This document shows, piece after piece, positions 8,047 through 19,500 of a stretch of DNA of 64,000 nucleotides. Below the pieces are notes generated by a model. The model was given only the letters and a program-made list of their open reading frames with translations, did not search any database and was not told where the DNA came from. The position numbers and the translations under genes were made by a program. Source of the DNA: Chitinophaga pinensis (GTDB lineage: Bacteria; Bacteroidota; Bacteroidia; Chitinophagales; Chitinophagaceae); assembly GCA_945902975.1 (NCBI GenBank), contig CAMDNL010000001.1, forward strand, positions 247 through 64,246, in the 5' to 3' direction. Position 1 is the stretch's first letter; each line of letters opens with the position of its first letter.

Positions 8047-11000
8047 CTATTTTTTAAAGGCTATCAGTCTTAGGCTATCAGAATTCATGCCCAATACAAA
8101 GGCCAACTGCTTATTCAATTGTATAGGCGCTATCTGTCTTACTTGACCTTTGATACTTAATCCATTCATTGGCGCAGCATTAAAGTCTTGCTTCCCAGTA
8201 TTAATCAATAGCGTGCCGTAATCTGCGTCATACCTACCCATCTGCACATTGTTATCATAAAAATTACCCATCATTAAAATGTCTGGCCATTTATCTCCAT
8301 TGGCATCCGTCACCACTGCAGTTTTATAAGCAGTGATTTGCGCTTCCCATGGTAACACCTTCGCTGTGAATTGACCTTTACCATCATTGATGAATAAAGT
8401 ATTCGCAAAATGGTAGGCCTTGACAAGTTTAGATGACTTTAATTTTTCTTTAGTGAAAATATCATACAGGTTTGCTTTTGCAAAATCTTCGGCATATAGG
8501 AATGACTTTTTTATTTTAGGAATCTGCCTTTGAATTTCATCCTTATTAGCAAAAGGAATTTCTTTTCCTTGTAAATAAAAAGTGATGATTTGCTCAAATT
8601 TTCCATTATCATCAAAGTCATTATAATACATGCTGATAGGTTCTTTCTCTGTCGCCTTTAGCCTTGTATTCAATCCTAGGTTGCCTGCAATAAAGTCCAT
8701 GTCTCCATCTAAATCAATATCTACAGGCAAAGCGAAATTCCACCAACCAGGTAAATTAGTTACACTTTCTTTTGTCCATTTTTTTACAGAAGGATACAAG
8801 ACGTCAATACCACCCCATTGATGCGTTAATAAGATTTCCATTTTGCCATCCTTGTTGATGTCCATTTCTGTTGCACTAGTAATAAATCCTAGGCCGATTA
8901 AGTCTGGCGCAATTGAAGCTGTTACATTTTTAAAATGCCCATCACCTAAATTATATAAAAGATACGAATCGATAGCTGCGCCATAATCCATGGCCTTCAC
9001 TCTGCTTGTGATTAACAGATCAATGGCACCGTCTTGGTTAAAATCTCTAGCAACGATATCGGAACTTTGATTATACACCGGAATTGCATCATTCAAGATT
9101 GTAAACTGTCCATTTTTACTATTTAAGTAAACCCTTGGCATCATGTGCTTGTCCTCTCCATAGTATTCATTGCCCCCAGAACCAACAACGATATCTTGAA
9201 ATCCGTCTTTATTCACATCCGCCAGTACAGCGCAAATATCTTCGTAATTACTATCTAAACGGAATGCTTCTTGTTTTGATAACAGGAATTTACCATTGGC
9301 TTGTTGATAGTATAATGCAGCGCTGAAGCCTCTTGCACCTCCAATAAAAATATCTTCTAAGCCATCACTATTGATATCTCCTACCGCCAAAGCAGGACCT
9401 TCTGTTGAATTCATTTGTGGAATCAATTGCTCTCTATTGAATTCTTGAAAAATATTCTCTTGATGTTTAAATTGAATTCCAGAGCTAGCTGTAAGGTCCA
9501 CCACTTGTTTTGTTTGCTGTGGCCAATATTGATTGATTAAATCATAATTGAATTTTGGTAACCCAATTTGATAGGCGAGTGACAATTGCTTTTTCTTAAA
9601 CTCGGCAGGATTGATTTTTTGAAAACTGTTATCAGGCCATACTAAAAAAGCTGAATCGACTTTTGTATTTTTTAAACCAATAGATAATGGGATTTCCATA
9701 CTAGACAAAAAACCTTTTACTGGAAACTTTTCATAGGTTCTTATTTCACCAGGCGTAAATAAAATCAATTTGGCGCCAATGGCATTGATATTTACTGCAG
9801 ACCCTTTCAGTGTCACTGCAACCGAATGTGCTGTTGTATCTTGACTGCTTTTATTTTCGTAAATGAATGACTTGTCATTTACATTATTGACCACTAAATC
9901 TAAATCGCCATCATTGTCAAAATCGGCATAGGCAGCGCCATTCGAATAAGAAGAAGGATTATTAATAATGGCCTTCTCTTTATCATCGAATGACAATCCC
10001 TTTTTATTCAAAAAGAATTGATTGGGTATTTTTATTTCAGGGAAACGATCTATCAGCGCCATATCCTTTTCGCCCATTTTATTGTCCCTTATTTTTTCTT
10101 GAATTTCTTGATTGGATACATAGTTTACATAATCCATATCATTCATACGCTTAGGGATGCCATTTGCAACAAAAATATCCTTGTAGCCGTCGTTGTCAAA
10201 GTCCATAAATAAGGTCGCCCAAGACCAATCTGTTGCAAACATGCCAGCATACATACCCACTTCACTGAACTTGCCATTGCGACGATTCCATTGCAAGTTA
10301 TTACGTGTGAACTGATAGTCATAACCAACTGATATCTTGTATTGATAGATATCATAATCGTCTTCTCCTAAAGACCTTTTTAAAATATAAGGGTCCTTGG
10401 GTAACATATCCATTGAAACGATTTCCGGAAATCCGTCATTATTTAAATCTGCCGCATCTACCCCCATGGAGTACTGACTAGTGTGCATCAATCTTTCTTT
10501 TTGCTCGTCCTTAAAGCTGCCGTTTTTTTGATTGATATACAGGTAATCATTTTCATGAAAATCATTTCCTGCATAAATATCAACCCAGCCATCTAAATTG
10601 ATATCACTCATCACTACACCCAATCCATAACTAATAGCCGTACTATTAATTTTTGATGCTTGTGTTACATCTTCAAAACGCCCATTGTTATTGGCAAAAA
10701 TACGATCCCCAGACAATGGATCAAAAGTGCCCATAAAGCTTGTCCTTGGTGCAAATGTACCGTTCTGGTGTACAGAGTGATTCAATAAAAAGACATCTAA
10801 GTCCCCATCCTGATCGTAATCAAAAAAACTTGCTTGCGTACTGAAGCCAGAAAAATCTAAGCCATATTCGGCGGCAGCTTCTTTGTATTTTGGAATACCA
10901 TTTTCGATTGCTACACAAATCAATAATTGATTCTTGGATATGAATTTTTCGAAATTACCAAGCCTGCAAATATAGATATCCAATAACCCGTCATTATTAA

Positions 11001-11403
11001 TATCCACTACAGACACCCCCGTATTCCATGCACTATCCTGTGGTATCTGCGCTTCTTTACTGACTTCGGTGAATTGTAATTTTCCTTTATTCAAATACAA
11101 TTGATTGTCCCCCTCGTTAGAAGCAAAAAAGATATCCGCCTGTCCATCATTGTTAAAATCTCCTGTGGCTACTCCTGCTCCATTGTAATAGTACATATAA
11201 TGAAACATATTGAACTCCTCATTTGGATGTAATTTGTTTTCAAATTGAATCCCTGTTTGCTCGGCTGAAAGTGCTTCAAACAAAGGCAGTTCCTTAGTTG
11301 GCTGGTTACACGCAAAAAGCAGTCCACTCAATGCAAAGATGATTGCATTTGATGTAAAATTTGATACCGCTTTTTTCCAGCTTTGGATATATTTAAACAA
11401 CAT
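8047..11403 (-). CDS. FG-GAP/VCBS repeat + ASPIC/UnbV (CRTAC1-like) lipoprotein
   Basis: Lipobox LFAC. Many DxNxDG/DxDxDG repeats. Central ASPIC/UnbV-type segment (NINAIGAK...GFLSS...VWP). Confidence 0.88.
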   Translation of the reverse strand: MLFKYIQSWKKAVSNFTSNAIIFALSGLLFACNQPTKELPLFEALSAEQTGIQFENKLHPNEEFNMFHYMYYYNGAGVATGDFNNDGQADIFFASNEGDNQLYLNKGKLQFTEVSKEAQIPQDSAWNTGVSVVDINNDGLLDIYICRLGNFEKFISKNQLLICVAIENGIPKYKEAAAEYGLDFSGFSTQASFFDYDQDGDLDVFLLNHSVHQNGTFAPRTSFMGTFDPLSGDRIFANNNGRFEDVTQASKINSTAISYGLGVVMSDINLDGWVDIYAGNDFHENDYLYINQKNGSFKDEQKERLMHTSQYSMGVDAADLNNDGFPEIVSMDMLPKDPYILKRSLGEDDYDIYQYKISVGYDYQFTRNNLQWNRRNGKFSEVGMYAGMFATDWSWATLFMDFDNDGYKDIFVANGIPKRMNDMDYVNYVSNQEIQEKIRDNKMGEKDMALIDRFPEIKIPNQFFLNKKGLSFDDKEKAIINNPSSYSNGAAYADFDNDGDLDLVVNNVNDKSFIYENKSSQDTTAHSVAVTLKGSAVNINAIGAKLILFTPGEIRTYEKFPVKGFLSSMEIPLSIGLKNTKVDSAFLVWPDNSFQKINPAEFKKKQLSLAYQIGLPKFNYDLINQYWPQQTKQVVDLTASSGIQFKHQENIFQEFNREQLIPQMNSTEGPALAVGDINSDGLEDIFIGGARGFSAALYYQQANGKFLLSKQEAFRLDSNYEDICAVLADVNKDGFQDIVVGSGGNEYYGEDKHMMPRVYLNSKNGQFTILNDAIPVYNQSSDIVARDFNQDGAIDLLITSRVKAMDYGAAIDSYLLYNLGDGHFKNVTASIAPDLIGLGFITSATEMDINKDGKMEILLTHQWGGIDVLYPSVKKWTKESVTNLPGWWNFALPVDIDLDGDMDFIAGNLGLNTRLKATEKEPISMYYNDFDDNGKFEQIITFYLQGKEIPFANKDEIQRQIPKIKKSFLYAEDFAKANLYDIFTKEKLKSSKLVKAYHFANTLFINDGKGQFTAKVLPWEAQITAYKTAVVTDANGDKWPDILMMGNFYDNNVQMGRYDADYGTLLINTGKQDFNAAPMNGLSIKGQVRQIAPIQLNKQLAFVLGMNSDSLRLIAFKK

Positions 11404-11407
11404 ACAA

Positions 11408-14400
11408 TTATTTTAATTTCATGAATACCGGAACCTGATTGTTTCTAATAAACAAGATCTTTTTTTGTGCAGCTTGCTGAAACAATACCATATCTCTTAC
11501 TTGTCCTGTAATGGCTAAGCCAGATTGCTTATCTTCTACCACTTCAAGTTTACGATTACCTTGATTCAATAATACCAAACCATAATTAGCGTCTAATCGA
11601 CCGAACTGCGGAAGGAATCCAAATTGATTACCGCCCATAACCATGTCTATCTTGCCGTCTGCATTGACATCGGTGGACACCATCGCATTCAAGGAAGAAA
11701 ATTGCACTTCATTTGGTAAGCGTTGAATATCAAATTGACCATTGCCTTTTCCCCATGCAATAATTGAACTACTATAGTTATACAATTTCATTGCTGCTTT
11801 CTCTACTAATTCTTTTTTAAATAATTCTTGGAAGGCTTTTTTAGCATATACTTCGTAATTCAGATTTTCTTTTTTGAGTAATGGAATTTGTTCTTGCATT
11901 TCGCCTTTCATGAATACAGGAACATCTCTGCCGTCAACCGTTCTAGTTAAAATTTTATCGATACTTTCATTCCCATCAAAATCATTGATCCAAAGTTTCA
12001 CAGGCGCTGCTGGCGTTGGTTTTAGGTAGCCGTTCTCACCCATATTGCCAATGATTAAATCTTGGAACCCATCCCCATCTATATCTGCCATATGAATAGA
12101 CTGCCACCAGCCATTCAATCCTTTTAAATTGGTTGTTTGCTCTACCATTTTTCCTTTTTCAAAGGCGTACACAATTGGATACATGTATTCTCCAACAATG
12201 ATCAATGATGTGCCAGCTTGATTACTCAACTTACCGGCCACGGCACTGGTCACCATTCCTAGTTTTGAAAAGTCTGGTGCAACCGATGAAGTCACGTCTT
12301 TAAACTGACCTCGCCCGTTATTTTGATATAAAGCACTCGCAGGTGTTACCCCGTATTTTAAAGGGGTATTTCGGGCCCCAACAAATAGATCCAGGTCACC
12401 ATCTAAATCATAGTCCAATGGTACCATCACGCCTGTATTGTATTCAAATACCGGAAATGCATCTGCACTATGCGTAAAATTAGCTTTCCCATCGTTTAAG
12501 AAAAGACGGTGATTCAATTCGCCTCTATTAGATAATCGATTGTTCCCACCAGAACCTACCAATAAGTCCATATCTCCATCCTTGTCGGCATCAAAAAATA
12601 CGGCAGCCACGTCTTCATAAGACTCAAATGCTTTAAATGCAATTTGTGGCCTTGGTTTAAAATCTCCATTACTTGTTTGAAGGTAAATTTGACTTCCCTT
12701 ATTATTAGCCCCACCAATGAAAAGATCTGCTAATCCATCTCCATTGATGTCGGCAGTAGCCGCTTTAGGACCTTCTTGTGAAAGAATTCTTGGAATGATT
12801 CTTTCTGCATAAAAGTCTACATGGTCGTCCTCGGCATGCTTTTCAAAATTGCTTTTTACTTCCTCAAATAAGGGTGCGATTTTTTCTTGCACCACCACAA
12901 ATGGTTTTACAGTTTGTGTAGCTTGATCAATCGTGTAGACTGTATCGAGCTTTTGTAATTTTAAAATACTTTGTGTTAGATTAGGCCAGATCACTTGTAC
13001 AGAATCGATTTTTGTAAACTTTCCTAACCCAAAAATTTGTTTGTAATCCACAGAAGACTGAAACCCTCTTGCAGGAATGACTTCCTTACTTAAAATTTGT
13101 CCTTGAATAAAAACATTGATTTTTGCTCCAACTGCATTGATATTTTGTGGTAAGCCTTTTAGCTTAAATCCAATAAACCCATTTTTATTTTTTTCCCTAC
13201 TCTTGTTTTTAAAGATAAAGCTTGGCATATTGTTATTATTCACTACCATGTCTAAGTCGCCATCATTGTCTAAGTCACCATAAGCTGCGCCGTTGGAAAA
13301 GCTTGGGATATCCAAACCCCAATCCTTACCCATATCCTTAAATGTCAAGTCTCCATTGTTTCTAAACATTTTATTTGGAATAGGTTGACTGCTCATTTTT
13401 TCAATGATACTACTGATCTCATCTTTCTTGCCAGATAACACCATTTTCTGAATCATGGTATTCGCAAAAAAATCTATAAAGTCTTGATTGGTTAAGTCAC
13501 GATAGATGCCATTGCTCACATAAATATCGTTGTAGCCGTCATTGTCTGCATCAAAGATCATTTCGCCCCAACTCCAATCACTCGCTTCCACACCCGAAAA
13601 ACGTGCAACTTCTTTGTACTTGCCATTCTTATTATTTAACTGCAAAGCATTGTGCATGAACTGATGGTAGAACCCACTAGCTACTTTTAAACGATAGATA
13701 TCAATATTGTCAAATGAGGTGGTGGTTTTAAGTCTGAAGTCATTATCTGGCAACATTTCTGTTGTAAAAATGTCTGGATAACCATCATTGTTCACATCGG
13801 CCATGTCGGTGCCCATAGATGCGATGCTATTATGTTCTGTATAGGTTTCTATTTCGTCTTTGAATGTGCCATTTTTTTGATTGATGTATAAATAATCTCT
13901 TTCAAAAAAATCATTGGACACATATACATCGGGCCATGCGTCCCCATTCACATCTCCAATGGTTACACCCAATCCAAAGCTAATTAAAGAACCATGTATA
14001 CCCGCTTCAGCAGATACCTCTACAAATTTTCCACCTTCGTTTTTATATAAATGATCGCCACCGCCTTTTAAAAAATCAGCTACTGCTGAATTTTCTGCTC
14101 TGATGTCTCTTGCGTTCGCATAGTTCAATGTGTTGACTGGAATTGGACTGTTGTTTACCATAAAACAATCCAAGTCGCCATCCATATCATAATCAAAGAA
14201 AGAGGCATGTGTGGTGTACCCATTATTTGCTAAGCCATAGGCTTCTGCGCTATCCGTAAAAGTTAAATCATGGTTGTTGATGAACAATTGATTCTTACGT
14301 AAATCCTCTTGCATCATATGCCCTGCATTGGCCACATAAATATCCAACCAACCATCGTTATTGATATCAACCATGGTGACACCCGTACTCCATTGGTCTT

Positions 14401-14713
14401 TATTTGGAAAACCTGCTTTGTCAGAAATATCTTCGAATTTAAATTCCCCTTTATTTAAGAATAACTTATTCGCACCTTGATTGGCCGTAAAAAAAACATC
14501 GACTAGTCCGTCATTGTTAATATCACCAATACCTACTCCACCACCATTGTAAAAATTGCGATACTTAAAAATATTATTATCCTTCTCGTCTGTCACCGTA
14601 TTGGTAAATGCTATTCCGCTGTTTTCAACTTTTTCAAAAAGCTGTCCATCTTTAGACTTTGTACAAGCTGAAAAAAAGATGGAAACAAAAAGTAGAATAT
14701 AAATTTTTTGCAT
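11408..14713 (-). CDS. FG-GAP/VCBS repeat + ASPIC/UnbV (CRTAC1-like) lipoprotein
   Basis: Lipobox FSAC, NGGGVGIGDINNDG, repeated DxDxDGDLD and RGFQSSVD...IFGLG...VIWP. Paralogue of the adjacent gene. Confidence 0.88.
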   Translation of the reverse strand: MQKIYILLFVSIFFSACTKSKDGQLFEKVENSGIAFTNTVTDEKDNNIFKYRNFYNGGGVGIGDINNDGLVDVFFTANQGANKLFLNKGEFKFEDISDKAGFPNKDQWSTGVTMVDINNDGWLDIYVANAGHMMQEDLRKNQLFINNHDLTFTDSAEAYGLANNGYTTHASFFDYDMDGDLDCFMVNNSPIPVNTLNYANARDIRAENSAVADFLKGGGDHLYKNEGGKFVEVSAEAGIHGSLISFGLGVTIGDVNGDAWPDVYVSNDFFERDYLYINQKNGTFKDEIETYTEHNSIASMGTDMADVNNDGYPDIFTTEMLPDNDFRLKTTTSFDNIDIYRLKVASGFYHQFMHNALQLNNKNGKYKEVARFSGVEASDWSWGEMIFDADNDGYNDIYVSNGIYRDLTNQDFIDFFANTMIQKMVLSGKKDEISSIIEKMSSQPIPNKMFRNNGDLTFKDMGKDWGLDIPSFSNGAAYGDLDNDGDLDMVVNNNNMPSFIFKNKSREKNKNGFIGFKLKGLPQNINAVGAKINVFIQGQILSKEVIPARGFQSSVDYKQIFGLGKFTKIDSVQVIWPNLTQSILKLQKLDTVYTIDQATQTVKPFVVVQEKIAPLFEEVKSNFEKHAEDDHVDFYAERIIPRILSQEGPKAATADINGDGLADLFIGGANNKGSQIYLQTSNGDFKPRPQIAFKAFESYEDVAAVFFDADKDGDMDLLVGSGGNNRLSNRGELNHRLFLNDGKANFTHSADAFPVFEYNTGVMVPLDYDLDGDLDLFVGARNTPLKYGVTPASALYQNNGRGQFKDVTSSVAPDFSKLGMVTSAVAGKLSNQAGTSLIIVGEYMYPIVYAFEKGKMVEQTTNLKGLNGWWQSIHMADIDGDGFQDLIIGNMGENGYLKPTPAAPVKLWINDFDGNESIDKILTRTVDGRDVPVFMKGEMQEQIPLLKKENLNYEVYAKKAFQELFKKELVEKAAMKLYNYSSSIIAWGKGNGQFDIQRLPNEVQFSSLNAMVSTDVNADGKIDMVMGGNQFGFLPQFGRLDANYGLVLLNQGNRKLEVVEDKQSGLAITGQVRDMVLFQQAAQKKILFIRNNQVPVFMKLK

Positions 14714-14747
14714 AAAATCAGGTTCGTATTGTATGCATAAAAATACA

Positions 14748-14940
14748 AAAAGGCGGGCGTAAACGCCCGCCTAAAATCATAATAGTTGTTTCCTGGGAGG
14801 TTTAAATTTTATAAAGCCTTCCGGGAAACAAAAGGCGGGCGTAAACGCCCGCCTAAAATCATAATAGTTGTTTTGAGGGGCTTTAAATTTTATCAAAGCT
14901 CCTCAAAACAAAAAGGCCGCGGTAAACCGCGGCCTTTTCT
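14748..14940. repeat. Tandem hairpin array: perfect 44-nt repeat (14748-14791, 14830-14873), period ~82 nt, five stem-loops
   Basis: AAAAGGCGGGCGTAAACGCCCGCCTAAAATCATAATAGTTGTTT occurs twice, followed by a variant third hairpin GGCCGCGG-TAAA-CCGCGGCC. The intervening segments are self-complementary. Confidence 0.92.
14911..14940. terminator. Rho-independent terminator downstream of susD, bidirectional
   Basis: AAAAGGCCGCGG-TAAA-CCGCGGCCTTTT, with T-tracts on both strands. Confidence 0.8.
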
Positions 14941-14967
14941 ATAATAGGTTAACTATTTTGGTAGATC

Positions 14968-16533
14968 CTAGTAACCGAAGTTTTGCTTCAAATTAGGATT
15001 TGAAGACACCGCTTGGTTAGGGATAGGATAAACAACTCTGAAAGCGTCAGACTTTAATGGTCTTTCGTTTACAGGATCATTGTACTTACCAAAACGAATC
15101 ATATCAGTTCTTCTTGAACCTTCTAAGTACAACTCACGACCTCTTTCTGCAAGAAGATCATTCAATGTAACTGCAGATAGATTAGTTGTTCCAGCACGCT
15201 TTCTGATGTTATTTACAATCACTAATGCGTCAGCTGCCTTGCTAGTTCTTAACAAAGCTTCTGCTTTCATTAACATTGCATCAGCATAACGGAAGATAAC
15301 AAACTCATTTTCTTCGTTAAATCCTAATTGATCTCCTTTTAAAGGATACTTATTAGTTCTAATACCTTTAGATTCTGTAGAGAAGAATAAGCTTACATCT
15401 GGAGTGAAAACTAATTTTCCACCAGAACGATCTTTAACTTCTACTTTCTTGCCATCAGCATACTTATATTGTTGGCCAGCCATGAATCCAGCAGTGAAAC
15501 CATGTATTTCAGTTGCACCTGCTAATTCTGCAGTTTTACGTTGATCGCCGTCAGCAAATGAATTGTAGAAATCAGCAGTTGTAGTGAAACCATTCCAACC
15601 AGAGAAAGACTGATTGTAGTGTGTTCCCATACCAGTTGCCCAAGTAACACCAGTGTTACCACCTGTTTGTGTTGCTTTACCAGGACCATTAGATGCTCTT
15701 GATAAAATCAACTCAGTTGATTTTTGGTAGTTATCCCACTTAAAGTTATCCCAGTATCCAGTAGACAATGCAAATTTGCCAGAAGCTTCAATTGCATTCA
15801 CTAAAGTGATTACTTGATCCATATCAGCAGGAGCAAAAGTGAAAGCTGTAGGTGTCTTAGGATCTGCTTTGTAAACAGCCTTATTCAACAACAAACGCGC
15901 TTTCAAGAACTGAGCAGCTTGCTTGTTTGCTTTGTGCATATCACTTCCAGTACCAAAATTTGGTAAAGCAGCAATTGCATCATCAACATCTTTCATAATC
16001 CAATCAAAAGCTTCTGATCTTGTTTTAACAGAAGGGATTTTATCTGGACCATCAGCAGCAGCTCTGTAAGGAACTTGTCCGTAGATATCCATTACTTGAG
16101 TTGCAAAGAAGGCTCTTAAAAATTTACCTTCTGCTTGAGCAGCTCCAGTAGATTTTTCTGCAACTAATGTCGCTTGGAATAAAGCACCATTTAAACCATT
16201 CCAAGTATCATAAATCTGATTGTGCGCACCATCTGTTGCATGCAAGTGGATTTTTCTCCAAGTACCAAAGTCATCCCAGTCAGTACCACGGGTTGGTCCA
16301 AGTAACTCATCAGTAGAGTGTACTTGCAACGCATGCCAGCCATATTGGCCTGACAATTGGTTCAATTGACCATAAACTGAGTTAAGGTCAGCAGTAGCAG
16401 ATCCAGTCGAAGCTGTAGCTACTGATTTAGAACCGTACACTTGTTCATCTAATTTTGAACAAGAGACTGCTCCTAATGTCACTGCAATAGCAGCGATATA
16501 GGTAGTAGTTTGTTTGATGAAATTATTTTTCAT
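14968..16533 (-). CDS. susD: SusD/RagB family surface glycan-binding lipoprotein
   Basis: Lipobox AVSC, EGKFLRAF, FRYADAMLMKAEA, ERGRELYLEGSRRTDMIRFG and C-terminal NPNLKQNFGY. Confidence 0.95.
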   Translation of the reverse strand: MKNNFIKQTTTYIAAIAVTLGAVSCSKLDEQVYGSKSVATASTGSATADLNSVYGQLNQLSGQYGWHALQVHSTDELLGPTRGTDWDDFGTWRKIHLHATDGAHNQIYDTWNGLNGALFQATLVAEKSTGAAQAEGKFLRAFFATQVMDIYGQVPYRAAADGPDKIPSVKTRSEAFDWIMKDVDDAIAALPNFGTGSDMHKANKQAAQFLKARLLLNKAVYKADPKTPTAFTFAPADMDQVITLVNAIEASGKFALSTGYWDNFKWDNYQKSTELILSRASNGPGKATQTGGNTGVTWATGMGTHYNQSFSGWNGFTTTADFYNSFADGDQRKTAELAGATEIHGFTAGFMAGQQYKYADGKKVEVKDRSGGKLVFTPDVSLFFSTESKGIRTNKYPLKGDQLGFNEENEFVIFRYADAMLMKAEALLRTSKAADALVIVNNIRKRAGTTNLSAVTLNDLLAERGRELYLEGSRRTDMIRFGKYNDPVNERPLKSDAFRVVYPIPNQAVSSNPNLKQNFGY

Positions 16534-16553
16534 GTGTATTATTATTTATTAAT

Positions 16554-19500
16554 TTAAAAACGAGCGTTGATACCAAAAGTAACTACTCTTGCTCTTGGAG
16601 TTGCAGTATAGTCAAATCCACGAGAAGGAACACCGTTTCTAGATTTGTCCACGTTCACCTCTGGGTCTAAACCTGAGTACTTCGTGAACAATGCTAAGTT
16701 TTGACCAGATAAAGTCAAGTTCAATCCTTTGATGAATGAACCTTGCTTCACATCTAATGCATAACTTAAGCTTGCATTCGCTAAACGGATATAATCACCT
16801 TTTTCTAAGAAACGAGTTGAAACGTTACCTGGGTTGATTGAATTCTCAATTGAATTCACAACTTCTCTTGTAACATTCTTTGCATTCTTCAAACTACCCT
16901 TTAATAACAATGCATTTGCAGTATTGTTGTATACATAGAAACCAGTTACTGCATTAAAGAAAATGCTAGCAGTTAATTTCTTGTATGTAAAGTTGTTTGT
17001 TAAACCTGCATTGAATGTAGGTAAAGCTGATCCTTGAATTTCATCCTTAGCACCATTTGCATATACACCATTTCCAAAAGCGTCAAATCTTAAGAAAGTA
17101 GGCATAACGAAAGTGAATAAAGGAGAACCATCACGGATTGTTTGTGCGTAAGCACCAGATAAACCTTGTCCAGAAACCTCACCTGTGTTAAGCACAGTAG
17201 ATCCGAATCCAGTTACATTGTTGTTTAAGAAAGACATGTTATAATTCACATCCCATCCAAATGCACCTCTGTAAGCTGGACGAACCAATTGGTAGTCTAA
17301 ACCAAATTCCCAACCTTTATTAACAACATCACCATCTAAATTCACCCAACGATCAGCAGATGCTGCTGGTTGAGGATAGCTGATCAAAGTCAATAAATCT
17401 TGAGTCGTCTTGTTGAAATAATCAACAGTACCATTCAATCTACCATTGAACATAGAGAAGTCAATACCTACACCAGTTGTAGTTGTTTGCTCCCAACGTA
17501 AATTAGGGTTAGAGTTAGAAATTGTATTTGATCCACCTGTAAAGTCTCTTTGTCTTAAAGCTAAAGAAGCATATGCAGGGAACTCTTGGTTACCTGTGAT
17601 ACCGTAGTTCAATCTCATGTCAAAGTTAGAGAAGATTTTACCCAAAGTATTTTGAGCAAATTTTTCTTCTAAAATTCTCCATTTGAAACCAAACGCAGGG
17701 AAAGTACCGTATTTGCTACCAGAGCTAAATTTAGAAGATCCGTCTATTCTCACCAATGCAGATAAGATATACTTGTCTTTCATTGTGTAGTTTACACGAG
17801 AGAAGTAAGACTGTAATTCAACTTGAGTACTGTCACCATATACATCAGTTACACCACCAGTGTACTCTTTGAAATTAGTTAACATACGAGTTGCACCAGC
17901 ATTACCCCATCTTTGTGAAGCTCTGTAGTAGTCAGTTGTTTTTTGATAAGAGAAGGCAGCCAAGGCTTGTAAGTTATTACCGTTCTTGAAAGTCTTATCA
18001 TAGTTCAACGTGTGCTCGATCAAGCTAGAAGTTTGATCTAAGAATTGTTGTGCTGCTCTTCCTTTACCAGAAAAATCAGATCCAACATAGTTCTTACCAC
18101 GAATGTTGATTGTACCTTGGATATAAGCACCTGGTAAACGAGGGTCAACAAAAGTTAAACGCTCAGAAGCACCATTCTCCATACCGAAGATCGCCTTATA
18201 AGTTAAATCGTCTGAGATCTTGTATGATACAGACACATTCGCTAATAATTTATTATAAGTGTCATTGTCTTTATAACCTTCTAAAATTGCAACAGGGTTT
18301 CTGTTACCATCTTGGTTATCAAACCATAGACCATTTGAATTGTAAACAGGGAATGTTGGGTTAGCACCAATCATTGATCCAATCAATGAACCTTGGTAAC
18401 CAGCGTTATTCGTTACTTGAGCATAGCTGTTGTTAACGATAGATTGGTTAGCAGTTACATCTAATTTTAAACGAGAAGTCAATTGATTAGAATATTTCAA
18501 ACCAAAAGTGTAACGCTTTAACCCTTGAGTCTTAACGATACCTTCTTGGTTATCGAATGAACCATTCAATTTCAAAGAAGACTTTGAATTTGAGAAGCCC
18601 CATGCTAAGTTATAGCTATTAGAAATTGCAGTTTGGAAAACTTGATCCTGCCAATCTGTATTATAGCCTTTATCATTTGAACCAACACCAGAGAAGTCAA
18701 ATCCTGCTTCATCTAATGTCTTTTTGATACCATACATAAATTCTTGTGGACTAGCTAAATCATAACGATTCGCAGTTGTAGATACTGATGTAGTTGCATT
18801 GAAAGTTAAGCTAGGCTTACCTTTACCAGACTTAGTAGTGATTAACACAACACCATTCGCACCTCTAGCACCATAAATAGCTGCAGAAGAGGCATCCTTT
18901 AAGATAGAGATGTTCTCAATATCGTTCGGGTTTAAAAATGACAATGGGTTTCTTGCAGTCGTTCCACCATCAACTGTGATAGAACTTCCTACTGTACCAC
19001 CACCGTATAAAGGCACACCATCCACTACATATAATGGGTTGTTGTTACTTCTTACAGATGAAGTACCTCTGATAGTCACGTTTACAGCACCTCCTGGCTC
19101 ACCAGAATTTGTTGTTACATTCACACCAGCAACACGACCTTGCAATAATTGCTCTGGAGAAGAAATAATCCCTTTGTTAAAGGACTTCTCACCCAAGGAA
19201 ACAACCGCACCAGTCGCATCTTTGATTTTACGTGTACCATAACCTACAACAACAACTTCATTCAATTGCTCGCTTGTTTGGTTTAATGATACAGTTACGT
19301 TTCCATCTGCATTTACTTCTCTAGATGAGTAGCCTACAGTTGAAACAACTAATTTTGTTACAGAAGAAGGGACTGTGATAGCAAAAGTTCCATCAGCTGC
19401 TGTTTTAGCACCTGTTGAGGTTCCTTTAGCAACAACAGAAGCTGCTGCGATTGGAGAACCATCTTTTGCATCTAATACCTTACCTGTAACTGTTTTGTTC

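Noticed and set aside
14748-14940. CRISPR array interpretation of the 44-nt repeats with ~38-nt spacers
   Set aside because: There are only two exact repeats. The spacers are self-complementary and similar to each other, and no cas gene is in the window.
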